A stretch of 56,362 nt of DNA, filler included, from Sphacelaria rigidula (GCA_964200075.2; 6 parts of 6 records of this genome joined end to end with filler, not necessarily neighbours in it); one strand, 5' to 3'. Shown: positions 1-13,355, counted from the first letter of the whole stretch. Notes: a model not told the origin generated them from the sequence alone. Program-made: numbers and translations.

Positions 1-216
1 CGACGAGGGAAAGGGACTGCTGAACCCCTCTCGCGATAAAAAATAAACGCAAGCACCGCAGAAGGAAGGTGGGGTATTGAAAACACATGAAAAAAGAAAA
101 AGCTTCTGTGTTGACCTCCCGTTGTGTGACCCCGGCTGATGCGCCCACATATACCGAGAGATGTAGACTGGCACCTAGAATAAATTGGACGACAACACAA
201 CACAAACACACACACA
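1..216 (+). mobile_element. SINE family 1, 3' part (cut by contig start)
   Basis: Aligns by eye to 3354-3577 (cgacgagggaaagggac...tgtgtgaccccggctga...(CA)n tail). Confidence 0.85.
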
Positions 217-3190
217 GCTGAACGGAAGGAAGTATGCCGTGTCTTCTGGCGAAATGATGCCCTTCTTGAGTATCTTGATCGCTCCTGCAGCTGGCGTCTT
301 CAGTTGCCGTGCATTTTTCATGACGTATGCTTCGAGAATCGATTTCTCGTACGCCTAAATCTGTCGCCAATTGCTTGAAGTGGCGGTTGAACTCTTCGCC
401 TTCGTCACACTTCATTGCGCCGCGACATAGATAGAGACCCCGGTCAGCACTTCCTGGATGACGAGCGGGAGTGCTTCTGCCGCGATATCCGTGGACTTGA
501 ATCGGAAATACTCATCTCATCCGTCGGTGGACACGGCGAGAGATTGATACCCCTCGTGTGATTCCACAGAGTTTTTTTTTAACATTAATCGACGTTATCA
601 GTTCCAGGCACTTCTCGTTACGTGGTCGATAAGAAGATGGGTGCGGAACTGTCTTGCGTTTCGACGGTGAGCAAATATCGTATTTACCTGGCTTGATACT
701 CTATGCACACGTGAGTCCAGTAGACTTGTTGGCGAGCTATTTCAGCGCGCGGAATTTACGATGCCTCACTCGGCTGTGCCAAACGTCAACTGCCGCAACG
801 GTATGATGAAGCAACTGCGAGAGTTCGTTTAGCATAAGTATAAGAACGAACTCCCTTCGAATTGCGGTCGATATTGGGAAATCTATCCCTTTGGGATATT
901 CCTTTTGTATTCCCAACCTTCACGGCCTGCGGAGGAGTACGTTTCTCGGGCGAGCCACCAACATGGTGAACTTGGGGGTCTGGCAAGATGTAGATGTCAC
1001 CTTCAACTCTGGTCTCCGCACATATTGGGCAGACTCGTCTGCTAGAGAGTGTCTTGAATGTGGCAGGCGGAGATAGAAGGGTTCCACTTCCGAGAGAGCT
1101 ACCTTCAGCGTGCGACGTCTACGATCCTGCAGGATGGTGGTGTTCAGTTTCGCTCGAACTGTCTTCTTCGCAGTTTGTCGTCTTTCTAGTGCTAGACGTA
1201 TATCCCGACCTGCGCTGCTCGACGAAGGCATCCAGTCCTTCGCTCGATTTTATCTCGTGGGACAAAGGAACGAGCGAAACTGGGGACATGTGCAGTTTGC
1301 GGCCGAACAAGAGCTCAGAGGGTGACATGGCAGAGGGTAGCGAAGTGTCAGGCAACCTAAGTTTGATCCCGACCGCGGGTAGAACATATCCATTCCGTCT
1401 CAAGGGCCATGGTCTGCACAGTTCCGCTAGCATGTCGGCGGTCGGGGGTCCATCGTATGTACATCAGGGGCAAGATATCTGTACGGGCAGCACGCGGAGA
1501 CTGCAAACGCGCGGAGCCTCAGCTGTTCCTGTGAGAACGGCGAACAGATCCATCATTTTCTATCGACGCGGAATCAGCGAATGGGAGTAAATTCAGGGCT
1601 TCGAGACTGGTCTCTAAGTCAGTATGGAGTGGTGACTCCGTCAGTGGCATCTGGCAGCACGCCTCCCCGTAAACCACGGCATCGGAACAATCACGTCAGT
1701 ATTGCGCAGTCCGTGACAAGTTCAGACTTCCTCCCGGTCATGTACGGCCCGAAGCGTTGAACCCCCACACTACCGCCATGCATTCCCTCCAGTAGGTGCT
1801 ATGCGTGAGTCTGTGCATGAGAACCCATGAATCGTGAAAGCGATCATGCCTGTGTCGTCTCATACCGGTTGGCGAAGTACAGCACCCGCTCCCACCGTGG
1901 TGACGTCGGCAGGCAGTTCGAACATGTTGTTCATGCCAGGACTAACGATAATCATCGGAGACGCTAAGGCGGATTTGAGTTTCTGAAATGTTTTTCCCTG
2001 ATCGAAACCCAATGGGATGGAAGACTTGCGTACACGTCGAGACGCGCAGCGTTTGTCGCGAGGGTTATCGGTCAACGGGGGGACGATTATGCTGTACTTC
2101 TCTACGAGCTATTGAAGGTACCCAGTGAGTCTTCGGAAAGTGCGTAGTTCCTCGACTGTGTGCGGTTGTGGCACACGAGCAACGACCGTGAGTTTCGAAG
2201 GCGCTGATTGCAAGCCACTGCTGTCAATCAACACGCCAAAGAACTCCTGAGACGATGCCGAAAATATTGGCGTGGCAAAGTGGACTGAAAATCCTGTCAT
2301 CAACAAGCGTTGCAAGACCGCTGTAAGCAGCGCTAAGCGTTCTTCGCACGAGACGCTGGCGAGGAGGATGACACCAAGCCAGCTGAAGACGCCATCCAAG
2401 TCGTTGGTAGATGATTTTACTCTATGGGTGGAAGTTATAGGTTGCACGGTCAAGTCGAAACCAGCTCTAGTGCTGTCGCAGAGTTGCGCACCTGGTCTAT
2501 TTCTGCAATCTCGATTCAGTGAAACCGTGAGGCGAAGTCCAGTTGCGTCAAGTTCCTATTGCCTTAGAGTTCATCAAAGATTGATCGTATGTCTCCCATA
2601 TCACTACTATCAGGCACCATTATTTGGTTGAGAGTACGTCTATCAATGCACAGTCACAAGGTACCATCTTTATTTCGCACGCACAGACATTGATCAGCCC
2701 ACGGTGACGTTGACGGACCGATGATACCGCTGTCAAGAAGCTTGTGGATCTATTCTCCTATCATGCGACGTTTCTCGGGCGAAAAGCGGCGCTGCTTTGC
2801 TGCAAAGGGTGTGCTGGATTCGTCAACCAATGACACTTCTAGCTCACCGTGAACGCATGTTAAACCCGTTCGGGGTTCGTCGGGAACAGCTGGCATTGGT
2901 GAAGTTCCGCAGGATGCACACCAGTTGTCGCTTCTCCACCACTCCAAGGTATCCCATGGTCGCATCAGATGATCGAATTTTGGCTGGTGCTAGGGGTGTG
3001 GACTCGATTTCGGGGTGCAGGACAGGAGGTGGGGGCGGCGGCGGTCGGTCTATCGAGGATGGTGTGACGTCAAAAAAGAAGTGAGAAGAGCGGGGTCGCG
3101 AACATTCAGTGATATCATACGTCGACTGCACCCCTTGTCTTCACCACTGCTTGATTCTTACTTTCATTTACTAATGTACAGCACACAGGA
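217..3190 (-). mobile_element. Degenerate Ty3/gypsy pol (RT, RNase H, integrase remnants)
   Basis: Minus-strand fragments PFAAKQRRFSPEKRRMI, FFGVLIDSSGLQSAPSKLTVVARVPQPHTVEELRTFRRLTGY, FQKLKSALASPMII..FELPADVTTVGAGAVLRQ, WGVQRFGPYMTGR and integrase-zinc-like QVYWTHV. Order is RT-RH-INT, with many stops and frameshifts. Confidence 0.88.
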
Positions 3191-3191
3191 A

Positions 3192-3544
3192 GCCGGTCGC
3201 CCCGGTGGCTCAGTTGCTAACCTCGAAACCTTCTGACGGTTGGGTCGTGGGTTCGAATCTCGGTGCCGTCACACGATCTGGGTTTTTTCTTACACCATGC
3301 CCAACAGTGGAGAGCGACTATGTCGTGGGTACACAAACATTCGACTTCATGGTCGACGAGGGAAAGGGACCGCTGAACCCCCTCTCGGTTAAAAATAAGG
3401 CAAGCACCGCCGAAGGCGGAGAACTAAAACAAATGAAACACGAAAAACTCCTGTGTTGGCCTTCCTCCTGTGTGACCCCGGCTGAATTGTCCATATATAC
3501 CAAATGGTGTGGACTGGCGTCGAGAATAGACGGATGATAACACA

Positions 3545-3579
<35 letters not shown>

Positions 3580-3580
3580 C
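3192..3580 (+). mobile_element. tRNA-derived SINE family 1, full-length copy inserted in the gypsy element
   Basis: Pol III box A (TGGCTCAGTTG) and box B (GGTTCGAATCT) in the head, about 300-bp body, (CA)n tail. Homologous copies occur in three other contigs. Confidence 0.9.
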
Positions 3581-3590
3581 ACAGCACAGG

Positions 3591-5250
3591 CGATCCCGAC
3601 ACCCACCACAACACCCCTTTTGCTATCTTTGCCACCGCTTCTCCATCTAATCGTGCTTAGCCTGGGGTAGCACCAACACTAGTCGCCGCTCTTGCGGTTG
3701 AGGTCCTGTGACTGCCGTTTCTACGGCATTGCTGACGAGTCCGCGGATCGAGATGAATTGGTCTCCCAAACACAGTTTCCACTACATTGTGCTGTCGTCT
3801 CCCTAAGCAATGTCATGGTTACTGGGGAGCTTGGACAGGGTGGGACAGGAAATGGCGTCTAGAGGAGATGCGGGCTCAAGTGAGGCGTTCAGAGCCAGGA
3901 GTAAGTCGCGTGTCGTGTGAAGGGGGCTAACGTTCGACAAAAACGGAATCCACGGTCCAGAAGGCGTTGGGGAAGACCCTCGACCAGGGTTGAATCCCAG
4001 ACTACTGTTGTTGTTGACCTGAATACTCTGCACGCAAGATAACACATAGGATAAGCCCTCCACAACTCCATGTATCACACTGCAGACGCGATTATCGGAA
4101 GTGAGAAGGAGATGTGCCACTCACTTCTGATCCAACTATGCGCATCGGGGGTACATCGCTCTGCGGAGAGTTGGCTGCATGCAAAGCACCGACGCTATTC
4201 GAGTCGAGGCTGCTACGTAGTACTCTTGCTCGCTTCAGCCTACCCTAGAGAACTAGATGTGTAACTGTCCCAACCTGCTCCGGTGTTCAACAGGATCTCG
4301 AGTGGCCACGGCATACGCTTCCGATAACGGTGTCAGGTCTCGCCTAGTATCCATAGCTGATCTCCGCGCTGGTTCTTGATTGCCGCTGCATTTGCCCGAC
4401 GTAGGTTCCTCAGGTAGGTTGTACCTGGGGCGTGCCGTCATTCATCGTGTGCCTTACCTTTTGTCGTTGTACCTACCGAACACGTAGCTTGTGAGCCATC
4501 TCTCGTCCTTCGTCATCGTTGTCCTCATCAATCAGTTTCATGTCGAGCACGGCCAAATACGGCGACTCAATGAGTGCCCTGAGCCGCCGCTGGGGAATGG
4601 CAACGTGGCCGCTTGACGGGACTTGGCTGTAGTGAGCCGCTGGGATGATAGCGTGACTCTAGGAATAGGGGGTGGCGTCCCGATGATGGCAGGAACCGGT
4701 TGATAAATGCCCGAATTAAATCTTGTTTCTTGGAGGGAAGTCGACAACGACTTTTCGGTCTGCCTTAGGTGGAGGTGAAAACGGGTGAGCGCTCGTTGGA
4801 CCCCTGGTAGCTGATGATGCGGTGGTAACAGGGGTGTTTGCGTTCGACAAACTGAACTCCGTGCTGCTCTGGTGTGGTAACTGGCTTGTTTTTGGAAGAC
4901 GGCGACTGCGGCTTGCGGGAAGCAGTCGGAAACCTGTGACGGGGGTTGAGGAGTGGGGGTAGGGGCTACGGCGGCACGGGCAGGGGGTGAATCATCCTGT
5001 GCTTGGAGTACTGCAGCCAACTGTGTTAGCGTCTTGAGTAGCGGTAAATGTTACCCAGTAAAAGCAGGCGGTCTGATCCTACCGTGCGTATTGATTTTCG
5101 TGGGATAGAATCATCAAAGTCGGCTGATTTACGAGCTGTCAAGGCCTTCAGAATATTGCTGTACAGACGGCGGGCGATCTATCCTCTACGTTGCGTGGCC
5201 GATCCAATGGCCGACCCCATGCAAATGTGCCATTCGGTGCGCATGAAGTA
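3591..5250 (-). mobile_element. Gag/protease portion of the same degenerate gypsy element
   Basis: Lies 5' of pol on the same strand. Broken zinc knuckle CFACSQ (~4170-4190) and degenerate protease motif VEGLPQRLLDRG (~3950-3990). Left boundary set by the SINE, right boundary approximate. Confidence 0.55.
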
Positions 5251-5801
5251 TCGCTTGGTGTCAATCAAGTGAATCTTGTCCTGCAGAATAAAGCTTAGGC
5301 CCAGCCTACAGGAATTATACGTTTATACAACCCGCAAAGATGTAGGGTTGGGATGAAGTGCCAAAAAACGGTTGGCTCAGAGCTGTGAGAGCGGTTAGAT
5401 TGGGCAGAGTATTTCCTAAAGGTCAACAACAAATTTTGCGCTGCCGCGCTCCACGGTTTTTACTGACACAGGGTATTTGCGGAGATGCCATTACGGGCGC
5501 GACCCGCAAAAACCAGCTATGGGAGCCTGCATGCGAATGAGCGGATGCAGTCAGTCTGTGACCGTCACCTGGTTCTGGTCTAACTACTCGGGCTCGCCTG
5601 AAAAGCGGTAGACCGCGACTCTTTCGGCGAACGTGAGGTCGGTGAATAAAGTGCTGCTGTTGGCAAGTAAGTCGATAGGCAAACCACAGCGGTGCAGGGA
5701 ATACTCGTCTACCTTTGTTACCCGTCTCCTCTTGGTGAAGAATGAAGGGAGAAAATGATGCCTATAAATGAAGTACCCCCGTCCTATAGTCCAAGACGGA
5801 G

Positions 5802-6118
5802 GTGTACTCATGATCTTGCATGCCAGAGTCATCTGGCCATTGACCTGGCATTCCTACGAGGCTGGAACGGAGCACGCCGGGTTTCGCCGAACCAGGCTCG
5901 CAATCACCAAGCGCTAAACGCCGTGATGTATTCAGCGAGTCGTATAAAGGATGAGCTGCATCCTACGAAGGTCGTTCGGCCCCAAGCGTACTGATTACCT
6001 TGCACACGGATGGCAGCCTACAATGAGGTGCTTCGTTTTCTGGTTTCGCCACTTCCAGAGACAGCCATACACGGCGTCACAGGTGTCTGACCATTCAAAC
6101 ACTACGTAGTATGATCAC
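5802..6118 (+). repeat. Unclassified dispersed repeat, G-tract-associated 'GTACTCAT' family, long form
   Basis: About 310 bp colinear with 41234-41560 (+) and 30170-30465 (-), partial at 46875-46952 (-). Conserved end GTGTACTCATGATCTTGCATGCC. Confidence 0.85.
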
Positions 6119-6379
6119 CCCCTATGCGCGAAATTGAGGCTCTCCGGAGGGGGGAGGGGGGGGAATGTAAATGCAAAAATGAGGGTGGGCTGGTGCGGAT
6201 CATGTGTCCATGTGAAGGCGTTGAGCGGTGTTGCCCTGCGGTCACCAGGGGAACTGGGTAGATGGTAGGCGTGCGATGTGCTGTGCGTCTCTTGGTTTTG
6301 GCTTGTGAAGACCTGTTGGCATGAGCACTGGAGTATACTGCACTTGAGTTTTCACCCTGGAAGTTTGGTCCCGCAAGCA

Positions 6380-8200
6380 CTGCAACGTGTGTTACTTGTT
6401 TGACTTCGAGAAATTTTGGAGAATATCACCGATTTTTGTGTTCCAAAAAATCCAGATGCGAGGTCCCCGAAATTGCCTATGTACCTGTGTTGTATGAGCC
6501 CTGGACACACATGTTCTTGTCTACGTCATCCAGGTGTGCGCTTGTCGGGTATAACCAATCAAGGTACCTTGAGGAGTACGATATTGTACGGTGCTTTCCA
6601 GCATTACGTGCATTTGCCTGGGTAGACGTGTAAGATGGGCTTTGGTGCTCGATGGCACATGGGATGCGCCTGTCGAATGTTACGTGTGAGGGGAGAAGGT
6701 TCTGCTCGGATGGCCGTATTTTTCTCTGAACTGATTCCGGGAGCTTGACTGCTGATGTACCAGTTAAAGCGGGATGTTCTCGTGAATTCGGTAATCCGTG
6801 AGGTCCAAGATGCTGGGGTATACGTCATAGTGGCGTCGCATTTGTATCATGTGTTGTGACGGTTACACGCGGGGGGCTATACTAATATATTTGGCGTGTC
6901 GGGGACGTACGTGAGTATGTGGTTTGATGTCGGACGTGTCGTGTTGCCTACACGCTCACTTCTCTTTTGGCTACTTGACAACGATATTTCCTTATGTCCA
7001 AGTCCTATCGGCTGTCAGCTGTGTCCTCTGATCGGTTATCACAGTCGTGTCCATCGAACCGATCCACCACATCACAGAGTAGGAAACACAATCGTACTCA
7101 ATTGTTGTTACCCCGTCCGATCACGACTTCATCACCAATCGATCCACACGTCGCGAGCTATTAGTAGATAGCTGCTTCGTTTTTCTCAGCAATCCGTTCT
7201 AGAGAAGATTTCAGTGTCGTCGTCCTGTGCACGTATCATGCGCGGGGGGCGCTGCAGTCTACTTCGGTCTCTCAAACACCCGGCTTCGTGCCCGTCCCGA
7301 CCCCGTGATCTCGGGCCGTCTTCGGTATAACTCGCAACAACGCAAAAAACAAATACCGGGGCGTGTCGGGTAGATTCGGAGGGGTGTATCTCGCCTGGCT
7401 CTGACCTCAGCCATCTCACCTTCAGGGAGGGCGAAGGACACCTTTGAATTATACCATTTGCCAACATTATGTACAGTCTTGATCTTCGTTCGTTCCGATT
7501 AGAAGATCTCATCCCCCATTTCAAGGATCCCCTGTTGACTGCGACCACGCTGATTCTTCAATTAAGCAGCGACAGGGGAGATGGATTATTACCCCGGAAG
7601 TTGACTGAATGCAGAGTCTATGGTGTGCGAGTTTATTGTGGCATTTCCGCAATTACACGAATACCATCCTGGTGGTGGCCCTTGCTGCACCCCTCGAGCC
7701 ACCGCGGATCGTTCTGTGGAACGGCTGGAAGGGGTGCCAGTGTGAACTCGAAGCACCTGTTTGTCGTCCATCTTCAATTGACCCAACATGGATCTACAAC
7801 ACGTCGCGATCATGGGGCTGAGGGATGTATCCTTGGTTGAACGGCGGAGATAATATGTTGTTTCTGCCACTGGCGCAATTGACCCACGCTGTTTTCTCGC
7901 GATCCTAAATCCCGTCCCTTCTCCCCCGGTTCCAAAGGCTACACTGTTGCAAGCAAGAGACGAAGTGCTCGAAGAGAGAGGAGTCAGGGTGTTCAACAAG
8001 CTGCGGGGAACACCAAGCATGGAAGAATCGACTTCACCCCAAGCGGAGTGTTACTTCGAGTGGAATATAGGACCGATGAATGGATGTATTGAGAATGAGG
8101 TTTTCGTCGATGCGTGGGCTCTTTTTCTAGAGAAAGTGCAGGCGAGAAACTTGGCTGGAATTTGGGCGTAAACTTCACCTCCTTCGTGGTTAGAAAAAGA
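6380..8200 (-). mobile_element. Second, highly eroded gypsy-like RT remnant
   Basis: Ordered remnants IMLANGIIQRCPSP, SILDLTDY, EKNTAI, RYLDW (YLDD-like), DFLEHK (FLGH-like) across shifting frames. Boundaries approximate. Confidence 0.5.
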
Positions 8201-8454
8201 AACTTTTTTTCGTGATTAACTCAGCGTGGAGTTGGTCATCCAGTATCGTACATGGTGATATTGGCACATCGTGATTCGGAAAAGGTGGCGACAGGCGGCA
8301 ATCGCAAACTTGAGAGGCGTTCTGACAGTCCAAGGGTTGGGGTTTGGGCTAGGGTCAGGGTTCGTAGGACCTGAGCAGGTGCTAGTGGGACGCGACGGTG
8401 GCCCCTCAGGTACCGCTGGGGCATGTCAGTGGGACGTGGCAGTGAGACGTGCTA

Positions 8455-8880
8455 GGAGGAACGTTCGGGCTGTGTTCTGGTGGGTTTGAGAAAAAGGATG
8501 GTAAGCTTCGTCCTTCCACGTCTATGTCCGGGTTGTGTCCTGGTAGGCTAACGAAAAAATATTATTAGCCTCGTTATTTCATGTTTATGCCCGGGCTGTA
8601 TTTCGGCAGGTTTAAAGAAAACGTGGTCAGCTCCGTTATTTCACGTCTGTGCCCCTGCTGTTTTATGGTAGGTTACAGGGAGATGAAGAGTGGTTAGCTC
8701 TGTCATTTTCTGTCTATGTCCCAGCTGTTATGGTAGGTCATAGAAATAAGCAAAAAGGGTTAGCTTTGTCATTTCCTGCTCATGTCCGGGCTGGTATCGT
8801 AACTTAAAGAAAAAGGATGGTTGGCTTCATTACTTAATGTCCATGTCCAGGCTGTCTTGTGGCGGTGCAAAAGAAAACAA
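8455..8880 (+). repeat. Degenerate tandem array, unit about 60 bp, 6-7 copies
   Basis: Recurring aaa..ggttagct.cgt.atttc..gtctatgtcc.ggctgt...tggtagg unit, with one further unit near 9075-9130. Confidence 0.8.
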
Positions 8881-9311
8881 AGCAAAAAAATTATGGAGGA
8901 AAAAAGTACAAAGAAAAAAAAGGGAAAAGGCGAAAGTAAGAACAAAAATTAGAATGAGGAAACCGTAAAAATAACATGATTTTAAAAGAGTAAAATATCC
9001 TGAATAATGGAATATAAATTCAAAATCGCAAATATGATAACGAGAAATAAAGAAGTAAAAAGCAGAAGGCATTGACAAACCGTTAGCTGCGTTTCTTTTC
9101 GCCCACGTCTGGGGTGTGTTCTGGTAGTGCAAGGCCACTTCTTGTGTAAAGCAAATGTCGTTAGAAAACGCCTTTTTGGCCCTTCTCCCAGGAGGCAGCG
9201 AAGAAAGAAATTCAGAACACGTAGGCCCCAAGATCGAAAATTCGAGTTTTTGAGGGGGGATGTACTCATGATCATGCATGCCATAGTCATAGGACCATTG
9301 ACCTCGCATCC

Positions 9312-9411
9312 NNNNNNNNNNNNNNNNNNNNNNNNNNNNNNNNNNNNNNNNNNNNTTAATTAATTAANNNNNNNNNNNNNNNNNNNNNNNNNNNNNNNNN
9401 NNNNNNNNNNN
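9312..9411. other. Artificial assembly linker N44-TTAATTAATTAA-N44 (also at 18723-18822, 28133-28232, 37543-37642, 46953-47052)
   Basis: Five identical 100-nt spacers whose core has stop codons in all six frames. The intervening segments are 9311/9311/9310/9310/9310/9310 bp. Confidence 0.98.
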
Positions 9412-10595
9412 GGCGGCGGCGATGGTCTTAGGCCTATAGCATGCATGATCATGAGTACACCCCCCCCCTCACCCGCACCCCCCCCCCCTACCCCACAGCT
9501 TTCTGGGACCCCAACACTCCTCTCGTGGAAGTGGTAGTCAGTATTCCGGAAGCGGGTGAGGGTGTGTGTGGGGGGGTTATGCGGTATACCCCTGTGGAGT
9601 ACTGGATATACATACCGGCTTAGTTGAAAAAAAGCACAAAAATGATCACGCGTAGGTGTTCATCAGTTCCTCAGATTTTGGCTGAGAATGGCGCTGTATA
9701 CAGCTTCATCCCTCTACATGAAACCACAACAAGCGACCCTGGATTTTCCCCTCGAGGTTTGAGGGGTGAGGCCTGACATTACGAGGAAACGTGCGAATCG
9801 ATGTTTTCAAGATGATCCTCAGCGTACAACATTTCTCCATCTCCCCCTCACTTTGTTCCTAAAGCTGGGTCCATATGATTGAACTTTCGGGAAAATACCA
9901 GCCTTGATTTGAAGAACAATTTCTTCATCCACTACAGATCCCAAAATATCGACCTCCTACAGACGCGGTACATTTCACCGCTTCGAGCTCTAACCTCGCG
10001 AACGACCCAAAATTAGATTATCTTCGAAAATGAGTTTCAACTCCGAGACAGTGCTTTCACCGACCTCAAGTGGCGACGAGTGACTTTCATATGAGCGGCC
10101 TTGTGCATCCTGACCTAATGGGTTTTCATATTCCGTTCCTCCGGGGGGTATTTGCGACAACACCACTTTCGGGCTAAACGCGTCCCCTCATTCACCCCAA
10201 AATCGAGGTACAATTTCAATGGCGGATATGATACATTCTTGTTCAAACTTTTAATGGAGTACAATGTAGGTTGTGCATGATTGATGAGCTTCTTGAACCC
10301 CGCTGGAGGAAACTGTGGAAGGGGGGGAAATCGGGTATTGAGGAATGTGGTGTCTCACGAGGGTGAGACTGCTCCGTCGCCTGGATAATAGTATACATGG
10401 AAACTTTCGCTCGCCCTGCCGTTACTCCCATCACAAATTCGAACGACTCCGTAAACGGAGCAAATTGATGCGCGCCATATTCACGTTAATTGTTGACTAA
10501 TCATATGCGTTTGCTTTACCCGGAATAACCGGAACAGTCAAGACAACAAAAAGCAGAAGGAAACACACAGTAGGAGACAAGCCATAACGACTCAC

Positions 10596-10726
10596 CAACG
10601 AAGGGCGTGAGCCTCTTGACAAAGTACATGTCTGGGTCGACCAGGGCAATCACGGTCTCCTCCACCGGGGGGTCGGCGTTCTTGAGGAAGTGTGCCATGC
10701 CATTAGGCTTGTTGTAGTACATGAAC
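10596..10726 (-). CDS. Internal exon of an HPAT / peptidyl-serine alpha-galactosyltransferase-like glycosyltransferase
   Basis: gcgcag acceptor and gtgagt donor, 131 nt, GC3-rich. Reads FMYYNKPNGMAHFLKNADPPVEETVIALVDPDMYFVKRLTPFV, with NKP followed by the DPD (DxD) motif typical of this family. Confidence 0.75.
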
Positions 10727-10836
10727 CTGCGCCACAAGCATGTTCGTTCTTGTTTTTGATCAAAAATAGACGGGATATACCCAAGAGGGAAGTAGCCTTC
10801 AACTGTCAGTGTCATAACTTCCCCGTTCCCCCAATC

Positions 10837-10881
10837 GACTCATGATCATGCTTGGCTATGGCAAGCATGATCATGAGTACA
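10837..10881. repeat. 45-bp palindrome made of two inverted ends of the GTACTCAT family, flanked by a direct repeat
   Basis: actcatgatcatgcttg / caagcatgatcatgagt arms, with cccccaatc on both sides (10828-10836, 10882-10890). Confidence 0.8.
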
Positions 10882-12145
10882 CCCCCAATCGATTTTCGGG
10901 CGCGATACGGATTGTTCCCTCTATCGTCTCCAAGCCGAGTATTCATACAACAAAGTCTTGGCAACTCCCAGGCATCCAGTTTCATTATGTAAGGCACTAT
11001 ACGGATTCCGCACAGCCTAAGCAACGCCCGGCATCATTGCTCAATTTATACATAGGCAAATCACGGTATACCTGCGATATGGTGGAAAATGAGAACAGCA
11101 TGCATAGCACACTCTCCCTATCCCGTCGGTCATTTATTACATGCGAGCCAGGTCTCCCGAAGTTAGTTCTCGAGACATCCCCCGAGTACAAAATTAGGTC
11201 TTTAGACTGGAAAGGGTGTATCTGGTAAAATACCATTTTTGTGCGAAAATATAGCAACTGGGGAAATACGGGGAAATACGCCGCACACGATGTCTTCGCT
11301 CGGAATTCTTAGGGGACACCAACTGGGGACATGCGCTGCACCTGTACTTTGGAGAACACGGCGAAAAAAAAGTAATTTCACCTCAGACAGCCCGTGCGCA
11401 AATGAGAGCTTCCGCACACATCCAAAACGTACCGTAGTCAGGACATATTTGCGCCGGCATATGCACTTTAGTTATTCTCGTCCCTGCAAATACCCCCCTA
11501 CACTGTCCTTTCGACCTATTCGGGGCGGGAGGGGACTAGAGGTCGTATCCAAACGTAGTAGGGGTGTTCACCAGGCTGAAAAATGGCTTTCATATGGCAT
11601 GTTGACATTTGGACATTGATATGATATCTTGACATTTGCTAGGACAGCCTCGGGATCTCAGAGACGACATATATATCAGGTTTGATGTATATAGATATAT
11701 CGATGTGAGAAAATTACGTGGAATATGGAATGGGCAACGCGGACCACGTGATGTACAGACCAGTAGAGCTTTTCACGGGAAAAAAAGGGGGAGGAATCAA
11801 CAGTGTTTCCTCCCCGACATGATCTCCTATAAATGTTCAAACGCTCACAACCTGATCTAGAATACGCAGCTATAGCCGCGATTGCTTCTTCAGCAAGAGG
11901 AAAATCTAATAATCGAATCGCTTCCTGTAATACTTCAGTTTGACGGAGGGGAAAATTGACGGGAAAAGACACGTGATGAGAAAGAGTCCGATTCTCATGT
12001 CTCTGTAGAGGCGACCGCGTTTGTTGCTCATTATCCTAACTTGGGTTCCGAGCGTCGTGGACAGTCAGGTGGGATCCAAATTTAAAACGGATATGGGGTC
12101 AAATGAATAGACTTTCTGCTCACTCTTGTAAAAAGCCCTGCAGGT

Positions 12146-13355
12146 GACACACGCGGCCATTCGGCTACCCCCTTCAAATACTCTATCGCGATTTTCATCC
12201 TCTCGAGGGTAAAGTGACCCTCCCGAGGATAAGAATGCCCTCTAGGGGGGTATTTCATACTCGGTTCCGGTCATAAAACTAATCCTCTGGACGGCATCTG
12301 ATGCTCTAGTGACTCATGAGGTCTGAAGCCCTCCAGAGTGCCAAAAATATCGTGCTCTTGAGAACGTGGTTTTCGCGAACGTTCCGTATGGGGAAATATG
12401 AGCATCATTCCTGTGAAGGAGAGACCGACTGTGGCCTCTGAGGCATTTGTTGCGACTCCGGAGGACATGGCCGTGCAGTATCCTCCAGCGTGTACATTTA
12501 CACTGGTGCATTTGTGTCCTCACTGTTTCCAGGGGACCATCACGCCAGATATAATACCACCATAATAACTCTGCAGCAAAGATCACGAGTTGGGTACAGG
12601 GATACAGATACACACTGCAGTAGTTGGGTATGATGTATGTCTCGTTGGTGGAAGTTTAAACTTCAGCATCTTCTTCCATGGTCGCGGAATCGCGCGATGC
12701 CGGAACCATGCGCAGGGTAGGGTGCGGGCAATAACCGGTCGTTCGCTGCATACACACCCACGGACAGTGCAGGCAGACAAAGCTGCGCACTCTGTTCAAG
12801 TCCTGTTCACGTCGTACTGTAAGCAGAAAATATACATTTTTTCCTGCGCTGTTTGTACTGCACTTTTTCCGCTTCCCCTTCACGTTCAACTGATTGCGGC
12901 GGGGAGCATGTGAGCATGCTGCAAGAACGCGGGAGTCGTGGTGTATGCTCAGTAGCTGACGGTGTATAACACCCCCATTTACACAAAGTTACAGGCATCC
13001 ACTTTGTTCAGCCATACGTGGCGCATATGCCGCGCAAATTCTGCAGTATATTGCTCTGCACGTATATAAGCACGATGCGGTACGTGTCCTGCACGGCATT
13101 GTACAGTTTCAGTACAGCCCCAAACCGTGCTTACTGTTGTGATCGTCATATCGCCATCAAAGTACGCAGTGTACAGTCGCCATCGAAGTTTTTCGCGTGT
13201 TCAATCTAAAAAATGCTCTAGTATCATTGAAATGGTGGACACGGGACTACGGGGTTTTCAAAACCTGTATATATAAATGTATGAGGCTTTTGCGGGTGGA
13301 GTACCCTAACCACAAGCTAACGCTACATAGCCGCTGTGTGTACATACACTCGCAA
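12146..13355. repeat. Copy 1 of a ~1.2-kb diverged direct repeat (probable TE of unknown class)
   Basis: Colinear with 17171-18651 (acacacgcggccattcggctacccccttcaaatactctatcgcg ... tgtg(t/g)gtacatac(a/c)ctc). Confidence 0.88.

Noticed and set aside
3195..3270. Functional tRNA gene (also 28250-28320)
   Set aside because: Boxes A and B are present but there is no convincing cloverleaf, and each continues into a repeated SINE body.
8455..8880. CRISPR-like array
   Set aside because: Units are diverged over their whole length, with no identical repeats, unique spacers or cas genes. The context is eukaryotic.
9356..9367. TTAATTAATTAA palindrome recurring every ~9.4 kb as a biological periodic signal
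   Set aside because: Always embedded in N runs of fixed length. It is an assembly linker.
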